A stretch of DNA of 62,199 nt, the filler included. It is 4 parts of 4 records of this genome, joined end to end, with 100 filler letters (N's around TTAATTAATTAA, not from the genome) between each part and the next. Parts side by side here need not be neighbours in the genome. Positions count along the whole stretch, not along the records: positions 54,109 to 62,199 come from SRR31156797_6246; 3 more parts are not named here. One strand, written 5' to 3'. The notes beneath the pieces were generated by a model, which saw only the letters and a list, made by a program, of their open reading frames with translations, had not been told where the DNA came from and did not search any database. Position 1 is the stretch's first letter. Each line of letters starts with the position of its first letter. This document shows, piece after piece, positions 55,751 to 62,199 of the stretch. Position numbers and translations under genes: made by a program.

Positions 55751-56967
55751 TATTTTTCCCTTTCGGCTTCTATTTTTTCATAGGCTTTTTTCATGGTCTG
55801 GGTAATTAAATCAACATCAGCAGGTTTCTGGAGATAGGCAAATGCCCCCAGATCCATACAGGTTTTTCGATCCGACTCGGATCCGTGGCCGGTGAGGATG
55901 ATGACTTCAATATGGGGCTTGGTCTCCTTGATGGTTTTCAACACTTCAAAACCGTCAATTCCGGGCATTTTCAAGTCCAGAAGAATAACTTCCGTGTCCT
56001 CTTCTTTCGTAAAATCCAAGGCTTCCTGGCCGCTATAGGCGATTTCACTTGTGAACTGCCGCATTTTGAGACGCTCAGACAAGGACTGGACAAATTCCTT
56101 TTCATCGTCCACCAGAAGAATTCGCAAAGGGGTCTCAAATTCATAGTTGTGGATGATATTGCCCTTGTAATAATTGCGGCCGATTTTTGTTTCCACCGAA
56201 ACAACCCCCGGAACCGCCTCGGCTATTTGAATGATCTTTTGCTGAAATTTTGAGAGCAGCATCACTTTCTTCTCAATGGTGAGTACCACATTTCCTTTGC
56301 TGGCCTCCACCGAAAGTCCCTGGCCGATGTGGCTCAGTGCCAGCTCAACATCCGCAACCACTTTAAAGTCAGACACTTCCTGCAAAATAAGGTCTTCCAG
56401 GGTAAAGGGCTGTTTATTTAAATGTTCTGAAACAAGATCAACGGCTTCCTGTGTGTCAAGTTTGCCCGAAGGAATCACAATATCATATAGGGATTCATCC
56501 CAGGCTTTTTTATTAAACAGGGCCGAGGTCCATAAAAAAGCATGTTTATCAGACAGCTTAATTTCTTTGGTTATCTCTTTTTCCGAGACATTTTTTTTGG
56601 CCATGCCGTTTTTAATTCTCTGATCTTTTTCGTCAATAATAAGCACCCGCATGACATGGGTGATGGCTTTGGGTATCAGATGCCCCATGAGCCCATGGAT
56701 AATGCAATTGCCGTCACTGACCAAATCCGAGAGGGTTTTTTTCAGGGCAGACAGACATTTTTCCCGTTCGTGGGTAAAATCATTAAAGGCGATTTGTCTG
56801 CTTTCCAAAACCTTTCGCAGTGTCGACCTGTCGATATTATGGGTGAGATGTGTTGTTTTCAGGATATCTGCATCGCTGACGATGCGGCAATTGAACTTTT
56901 TAGATAGCTCCTGGACAATTTCTTCTGAATTTGCATGTAAACCGTTTGTTATGGTTATAACGGACAT
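55750..56967 (-). CDS. Cytidylate-kinase-like domain fused to a C-terminal receiver domain
   Basis: N-terminal 'VITIT', 'MRVLII' and 'SLYDIVI' of the cytidylate-kinase-like family, a possible BON-like middle, and REC motifs VDDE, LDLKMP, LTGH and QKP. Confidence 0.8.
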   Translation of the reverse strand: MSVITITNGLHANSEEIVQELSKKFNCRIVSDADILKTTHLTHNIDRSTLRKVLESRQIAFNDFTHEREKCLSALKKTLSDLVSDGNCIIHGLMGHLIPKAITHVMRVLIIDEKDQRIKNGMAKKNVSEKEITKEIKLSDKHAFLWTSALFNKKAWDESLYDIVIPSGKLDTQEAVDLVSEHLNKQPFTLEDLILQEVSDFKVVADVELALSHIGQGLSVEASKGNVVLTIEKKVMLLSKFQQKIIQIAEAVPGVVSVETKIGRNYYKGNIIHNYEFETPLRILLVDDEKEFVQSLSERLKMRQFTSEIAYSGQEALDFTKEEDTEVILLDLKMPGIDGFEVLKTIKETKPHIEVIILTGHGSESDRKTCMDLGAFAYLQKPADVDLITQTMKKAYEKIEAEREK

Positions 56968-57052
56968 ATTAATCTCCCAGTTTTTGGTTGTTTTATTTCA
57001 CTCTTTACTATCTACATAATAGCAAAGCCACATAACCGCTAAACCACATAAA

Positions 57053-57069
57053 AGCAAACAATGTGCCAG
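57053..57069 (-). promoter_or_regulatory. Sigma-54 (-24/-12) promoter
   Basis: Minus strand CTGGCACATTGTTTGCT = TGGCAC-N5-TTGC with exact GG-N10-GC spacing, about 85 nt upstream of the start at 56967. Confidence 0.85.
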
Positions 57070-57130
57070 TAAATTTAATTCAGCAAATTAAGGCTATTAC
57101 GAGATGGGAGAATAACTCAAGAGATAATGA

Positions 57131-57179
57131 GAAACAAAATGAAACTGATTAAATGGAACTATTTGAAACAAAATGACAC
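57131..57179. promoter_or_regulatory. Putative enhancer sites (UAS) for a sigma-54 activator
   Basis: GAAACAAAATGAAAC (57131-57145) and GAAACAAAATGACAC (57165-57179), 60-110 nt upstream of the -24 box. Confidence 0.55.
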
Positions 57180-57199
57180 ATATAGATCGGGATACAGGC

Positions 57200-57401
57200 A
57201 TCCAACAAAATACGAATACCCACGGACATCTGCCCAGTGAGGCTTGGCGTCAGGTTTAGCCGTTTGCAGTTCGCTTGGATGTCGGCCCATTTTGCTGTGA
57301 GGCCTGTGTCTTCTTTAATAATGACCAGTATATTCCGGAGTTCGTGGGGGTGCTTGCCGTTACCTTTCCGAAAAAGCAGCCTGCTCTCCTCTGTCCTTCA
57401 C
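57200..57401 (-). pseudogene. Frameshifted, internally deleted histidine kinase remnant (HisKA H-box)
   Basis: A GTG overlaps the receiver stop. 'FFGKVTAST' is in one frame and 'HELRNILVIIKEDTGL' in another. No ATPase domain follows. The left boundary is approximate. Confidence 0.65.
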
Positions 57402-57790
57402 GGTTTCACCTCTGGGGCTTTGGTTTCCAGGGCTATTTTGATTTTATCAATCAGGGTGTAGATATCCAGAGGCTTGATCAAAAAATCAAAGGCCCCTATG
57501 CGCATACCTTCCATACCATCTTTGGTGGAACCATGGCCGGTCAGCAATATGACCGGCAGGCCCGGGTTGATTTTTTTAATTTGTCTGAGGGTGTCCATAC
57601 CGCTCAGCCCTGGCATCATCAGGTCCACAATTGCGATATCAAAAGGTTCATCTTCAACCATTTGAATACCGGATTGACCATCTCCAGCTGTCTTACAAAG
57701 GAATTCCCTCAACTCCAGGCGTTCAGCAAGGGTTGAGATAAATGCCTCTTCATCGTCAATCAGGAGAATTTTAATTTGCTGAGTTTTCAT
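57398..57790 (-). CDS. Stand-alone response regulator receiver
   Basis: MKTQQIKILLIDDE, VDLMMP, LLTGH and FLIKP. The true start is probably ATG 57790. Confidence 0.85.
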   Translation of the reverse strand: MKTQQIKILLIDDEEAFISTLAERLELREFLCKTAGDGQSGIQMVEDEPFDIAIVDLMMPGLSGMDTLRQIKKINPGLPVILLTGHGSTKDGMEGMRIGAFDFLIKPLDIYTLIDKIKIALETKAPEVKP

Positions 57791-57949
57791 GTTCTTATTC
57801 CAAATGATTTGTTTTTCCGGGAGAACAATTGTAAAGACAAATCCGTGTCCCTGGGTGCTGCCCACATAGATTTTCCCTCCCAGTTTTGTTATGATGCCGT
57901 AACTGATTGAAAGACCAAGACCGGTGCCTTTTTCTTTTTTGTTGGATGT
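57791..57949 (-). pseudogene. C-terminal remnant of a histidine kinase (HATPase_c G2 box)
   Basis: The frame reads TSNKKEKGTGLGLSISYGIITKLGGKIYVGSTQGHGFVFTIVLPEK with no start, beginning directly after the upstream gene's stop. Confidence 0.8.
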
Positions 57950-58309
57950 TTAAACATGTTTTCCCTCAATCATCCGGTCTGTAAGAACATCTCCCGGATT
58001 CAAGGTGTTTTCAATCCAGTTTTGAAAGACCAACTGCCAATTTCCAACGACTGAATCAAAAATATTAATCTTTTTCCATTTCAAAAATTGATAATATTCT
58101 TCTTCTATGCCGCCGCATATTAAGGTGTTGATATTTTCCGACAGCAGCAAATGGCAGAGCTCATCGGCTGAAGATCTGGGAAGAACAATAGATCTTTTTT
58201 CTTCGATGACCGAGTGATTCGATATTAGAATGATTAAAATCTCAGTGGTCAAATCAAAGCGGGGTGAAATATGATTTCGATGAACCGTGATGGTTAGTTT
58301 ATGTATCAT
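57950..58309 (-). CDS. NifB/NifX-like (dinitrogenase FeMo-cofactor biosynthesis domain) small protein
   Basis: 'ISPRFD' and 'INTLICGGI' motifs, 119 aa, downstream of a sigma-54 activator. Confidence 0.7.
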   Translation of the reverse strand: MIHKLTITVHRNHISPRFDLTTEILIILISNHSVIEEKRSIVLPRSSADELCHLLLSENINTLICGGIEEEYYQFLKWKKINIFDSVVGNWQLVFQNWIENTLNPGDVLTDRMIEGKHV

Positions 58310-58351
58310 AAATATAAAAGATGTTTTTATGGCCGTTTTGTTTCAAGCGGA

Positions 58352-59803
58352 TCATGGGTCTATTTTGTATTGTTTTATTTTTCTCCACAGCGTGCTTCTG
58401 CCCCATCCCAGAATTCTGGCGGCATCACTTTTTTTCCCGTTTGCCTGTTTGAGTGCATCTATTATCATTTCACGCTGGATGGAGGACCATGTTTCATTTT
58501 TGTTTTTGCCGGAATTTTCAACCGGAATCGGCCTTGTTCCCGAAGGGGGCTGGTTTTTTAAACCGGACAACGGGTCTTCTGATGGTAGGGAGCAATGTAA
58601 TTGGTCCCCTTGATTAAATAAATAGGAGGGCAGATTGTCCGGCTCTATCATTGTGCTGTTTGCAACATTAACCGCATATTCCACAATATTTTTTAACTCC
58701 CGGATGTTTCCTTCATACCCATAGTCCATGAGCTTCATCAAGGCGGTTTGAGAAAACCCCTTTATCTTTTTATCCAGCTGTCGGGTATAATTGTTAAAAA
58801 AAAAGTCAAGCAACAGCCTGATGTCCCCCTCCCTTTCCCGCAAGGGCGGCAGGTGTATCCTTGCCACATTCAGCCTGAAAAGAAGATCTTTTCTAAAGAG
58901 GCCTTGTTTTACCATCTGTTCAAGATTTCTGTGGGTTGCAGCGATGATTCTAACATTCACATTAAATCCTTTGGTACTGCCCAAGGGGAAAATAATTTTG
59001 TCATCCAGAAAGGTGAGTAGTTTTACCTGAAGGGAAAGCGGAAGATCTCCTATCTCCGTTAAAAAAATAGTTCCGTTGTGGGCCAGTTTAAATCTGCCGG
59101 GTTTGTTTTCTACGGCCCCGGTGAACGCCCCTTTCTGGTGGCCGAATATCTCAGACTCCAAAAGGGTTTCAGGAAGGGCGCCGCAATTAATTTTTACAAA
59201 AGGACCCGAGGCACGTCCTGATGTTTGATGAATGGCTTCAGCAACAAGGTCCTTTCCGGTTCCGGTTTCGCCAGTGATCAGAACCGAGGTGTCGCTTTGT
59301 GCAAAAATGGGCAGGGTCTGGAATATCTTCTCCATCTTCGGGCTTCGCCCGATGATATTGGCAAAACTAAAGGCCATACTTTTTTTTGGATCCAAAGTTT
59401 CAGCCATCCGCAAATTTTCTATGGTTTCAACATATCCGGTAGTGTTGCCGTCAATGTCGAGTAAGGGGCCCAGAGTCATGCGGATAGGCAGCTTCTGCCG
59501 GTCCATATTGATCATGTCGCTTTCACAGGAGAAGGACGTGTTCTCATTTTTCATGGCAAGGATCGGACAATGGGTGACACAAGCCGAACTTCTCAAAATG
59601 TTGTAACACTCAACGCCGTATGCCCTTTCTAAAGAAACGCCTGAAAGAGCTTGGAAAAATCTGTTCAGGTGAACCACCCTGCGATCGCGATCCAGCACAA
59701 GAATCCCCAAGGGGATTTCATCCATCATGTGGATAAAATCCAGGGGTTTTTTAAAGAGCGCATGGATATGGGCAAGTTGGGTCATAATCTGTTTTCCTGA
59801 CAA
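58352..59803 (-). CDS. PAS-domain sigma-54-dependent transcriptional activator
   Basis: PAS with C..CP, GETGTGKD, ESEIFGH.KGAFTGA, FRKDLLFRL, GNIREL and a Fis-type HTH (ARILGWGRSTLWRK). Confidence 0.95.
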   Translation of the reverse strand: MSGKQIMTQLAHIHALFKKPLDFIHMMDEIPLGILVLDRDRRVVHLNRFFQALSGVSLERAYGVECYNILRSSACVTHCPILAMKNENTSFSCESDMINMDRQKLPIRMTLGPLLDIDGNTTGYVETIENLRMAETLDPKKSMAFSFANIIGRSPKMEKIFQTLPIFAQSDTSVLITGETGTGKDLVAEAIHQTSGRASGPFVKINCGALPETLLESEIFGHQKGAFTGAVENKPGRFKLAHNGTIFLTEIGDLPLSLQVKLLTFLDDKIIFPLGSTKGFNVNVRIIAATHRNLEQMVKQGLFRKDLLFRLNVARIHLPPLREREGDIRLLLDFFFNNYTRQLDKKIKGFSQTALMKLMDYGYEGNIRELKNIVEYAVNVANSTMIEPDNLPSYLFNQGDQLHCSLPSEDPLSGLKNQPPSGTRPIPVENSGKNKNETWSSIQREMIIDALKQANGKKSDAARILGWGRSTLWRKIKQYKIDP

Positions 59804-59969
59804 TAAAGGTGGTTTTTATATTAAATCCACTGAAAAATTTACCACCTTGTATCTGTTTAATCAAATAAATCTCTTTTTCATCAAAGCCGTGGACCGTCTA
59901 TCCATTTTTATGTTAAAATTCGGTTGGATTGAATGTTCTTTATCAGAACTAACGTAAAAAAGTAATAAG

Positions 59970-62111
59970 GTGTTTGACATGTTAACCAAAATACTGCCGT
60001 TCATAGAGTGGTTCAAGGATTACTCCCTGGGCAAATTCAAAATTGATTTTGTTGCAGGGCTCACCGTGGCCCTGGTGCTTATTCCCCAGTCCATGGCCTA
60101 TGCCCAGCTTGCAGGTCTGCCGGCCTATTACGGCCTTTATGCAGCTTTTTTACCCCCCATGATAGCTTCATTGTTCGGGTCCAGCCGCCAGCTGGCAACC
60201 GGTCCTGTAGCCGTGGTCTCTTTGATGACCGCAGCAAGTCTTGAACCTTTGGCATCAGCCGGAAGTGAAGCCTTTATTGCCTATGCAATTGTCCTGGCGC
60301 TCACTGTTGGTATTTTCCAACTGCTGCTTGGAATTCTTCGCCTGGGCCTTATTGTTAATTTTCTATCCCATCCTGTTGTTAACGGTTTTACCAATGCTGC
60401 GGCAATTATCATCGGCACCTCCCAGCTGTCCAAGCTGTTCGGCGTATATGTGGACAAGGCACCTCACCATTATGAAACCATTATACGGGTAATTGAAAGT
60501 GCCTTTCACTACACCCATATGCCCACCCTTGCCATGGGGATTTTATCCATTGCCATCATGGTGGGGTTAAAACGGTTGAATCCAAGACTTCCGTTCGTAC
60601 TTGTTGCGGTTGCCGTCACCACTATCATTTCCTGGGCCACCGGGTTCCAGCATAGTGCCACGGTGACAAATACCAAGATCATGGATGAGCAGGTCCAGCA
60701 GGATATTTTATCGTTTAACCATGCAATTGAATCCATTGCCGGTTTAAGTGTTGAACGGACAAAGCTGACATCCAAGATAGAAAGCAGTCATGAGGGCTCC
60801 CTTGACCGACTGGATCTCGAATACCAGGCCAGGGTATTTACGGCTAAAATAAATACGGCCAAAAGCCAGGCGTCCCAAATTCGTACTCGGCTTAGGCAGA
60901 TGCAATTCAGCGCGGTTGAGGATAAGGATAAAGGCATTGTATTTTACACAAAAGGTGGCCCAATGCCCGATGCCAGGGTGGATGACAGGGTATACCGTAT
61001 CCGGATAGGCAATAAACCTCTTGATACGGAATCCCTGCTGTTGTCCGGTGGCGGTGCTGTGGTGGGTGAAATTCCAAAAGGACTGCCAAAACTTGGCATG
61101 CCGCCAATTAATATTTCCGTGTTCCTGCAGCTTTTACCCTATGCCATTATCATCTCTTTGTTAGGTTTCATGGAAGCCATTGCCATTGCCAAAGCCATGG
61201 CGGCCAAAACCGGACAGAGGCTTGATCCCAACCAGGAACTCATTGGCCAGGGACTTGCCAATATTCTGGGCTCTATCGGTAAAAGTTATCCGGTATCCGG
61301 CTCTTTTTCCAGAAGTGCCGTCAACCTCCAGGCCGGCGCTGTTTCCGGTCTTTCCAGTGTCATTACAAGCATTATGGTCATCATCACCCTGCTGTTTTTC
61401 ACACCGTTACTTTACCACCTGCCCCAGGCTGTCCTTGCTTCGGTTATCATGATGGCGGTTATCGGGCTTGTGAACGTTTCCGGTTTTATTCATTCCTGGA
61501 AAGCACAGTGGTATGACGGCCTGATTTCTGTAATTACCTTTGTTGTCACCCTGGCTGTGGCACCTCATCTGGAAAGCGGTATCTACGTTGGTGTTAGTCT
61601 GTCTTTGGCCGTGTTCTTGTATAAAAGTATGCGCCCCAAAATCAGCACCCTTTCAAGAGGCGAAGATCAGGCGTTGAAAGATTCGTGTGTACATGAACTT
61701 GCCACTTGTGATCATATACAAATGATCCGTTTTGAAGGCCCGCTGTTTTTTGCCAATGCCAGCTACCTTGAAGATGAAATAAACGACCGTATCCAAAAGG
61801 CATCTGATCTAAGACACTTTATTATTGCCTGTAACGGTATTAACGATATCGACGCCTCCGGCCAAGAAACGCTGGCCCTTGTTATTCAACGTTTAAGAAG
61901 TGCCGGATACGGTGTGTCGTTAAGCGGCGTCAATGATGCAGTTTACCGGGTGCTTGCACGTACGCATTTGCTTGAAGAAATCGGTGTCAACAACATTTAC
62001 CCCACCATGGAAAAAGCACTGGCAATCGTTCATGAACTAACCCATGACAATACCGAGGAAGGTGAGTGTCCATTACTCGTAAACTGCCTGGAAACCAAAT
62101 CAACTAGATAA
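59970..62111 (+). CDS. SulP/SLC26 family inorganic anion (sulfate) transporter with STAS domain
   Basis: AGLTVALVLIPQSMAYAQLAGLP..YGLY, NQELIGQGLAN and GSFSRSA, then STAS motifs 'GPLFFANA' and 'IDASG'. Confidence 0.95.
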   Translation: MFDMLTKILPFIEWFKDYSLGKFKIDFVAGLTVALVLIPQSMAYAQLAGLPAYYGLYAAFLPPMIASLFGSSRQLATGPVAVVSLMTAASLEPLASAGSEAFIAYAIVLALTVGIFQLLLGILRLGLIVNFLSHPVVNGFTNAAAIIIGTSQLSKLFGVYVDKAPHHYETIIRVIESAFHYTHMPTLAMGILSIAIMVGLKRLNPRLPFVLVAVAVTTIISWATGFQHSATVTNTKIMDEQVQQDILSFNHAIESIAGLSVERTKLTSKIESSHEGSLDRLDLEYQARVFTAKINTAKSQASQIRTRLRQMQFSAVEDKDKGIVFYTKGGPMPDARVDDRVYRIRIGNKPLDTESLLLSGGGAVVGEIPKGLPKLGMPPINISVFLQLLPYAIIISLLGFMEAIAIAKAMAAKTGQRLDPNQELIGQGLANILGSIGKSYPVSGSFSRSAVNLQAGAVSGLSSVITSIMVIITLLFFTPLLYHLPQAVLASVIMMAVIGLVNVSGFIHSWKAQWYDGLISVITFVVTLAVAPHLESGIYVGVSLSLAVFLYKSMRPKISTLSRGEDQALKDSCVHELATCDHIQMIRFEGPLFFANASYLEDEINDRIQKASDLRHFIIACNGINDIDASGQETLALVIQRLRSAGYGVSLSGVNDAVYRVLARTHLLEEIGVNNIYPTMEKALAIVHELTHDNTEEGECPLLVNCLETKSTR

Positions 62112-62199
62112 CGGCCATGGCCGGCATGTTCTTTCACCGAGGTTAGGTCACAAAAAATCATAAAAGAACCTAACCGGTTAGTTCAGTTCTTTCATATAA

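Noticed and set aside
57791-57865. ORF-track N-terminal extension (MGSTQGHG...) of the receiver protein
   Set aside because: It is the tail of a deleted histidine kinase. The receiver most likely starts at ATG 57790.
57950-58309. NifB/NifX-like gene as evidence of nitrogen fixation
   Set aside because: No nif structural genes are present, and this small domain is common beside sigma-54 regulators in anaerobes.
59806-59848. AAGGTGGT...ACCACCTT inverted repeat between the activator and SulP
   Set aside because: Only 8 bp with a 27-nt spacer and no second copy, so it is too weak to call.

Overview
The window is not one locus. It joins four unrelated contigs with three identical 100-nt artificial linkers (44 N + TTAATTAATTAA + 44 N) at 17806-17905, 30326-30425 and 54009-54108, so no relationship should be inferred across them. 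(1) 1-17805, low-GC and Clostridia-like: a membrane glycosyltransferase/ATP-grasp/acyltransferase cluster, a cobalamin-riboswitch-controlled pduO-cbiB-cobD-cbiP operon, an operon of three SPFH (HflK/HflC-like) genes coupled to a P1B-type metal ATPase with no ftsH, and an alkaline phosphatase lipoprotein. (2) 17906-30325, a compact anti-phage island: an Avs3a/Avs3b-like STAND system, a co-oriented 2-TM + RsiV/PdaC-like gene, a divergent 1260-aa restriction-nuclease-STAND-helical protein that I cannot assign to a named family, and a small orphan ORF. It is bounded by a probable IS end and an att-like, tRNA-terminator-like end. (3) 30426-54008, Bacteroidota: an esterase, T9SS-secreted proteins, a TetR-TolC-MFP-RND efflux operon, rnhB, gldB, nadE, a sugar transferase, kdsD, recQ and a MITE/REP-like element. 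(4) 54109-62199, Desulfobacterales-like: DASS and SulP anion transporters, a sigma-54 activator with a consensus -24/-12 promoter, receiver proteins, and two decayed histidine-kinase remnants. The best candidates for undescribed systems are the unassigned nuclease-STAND protein, the membrane RsiV-like gene next to Avs3, and the SPFH-trio/P1B-ATPase operon. All calls come from motif recognition by eye; no database search was run.
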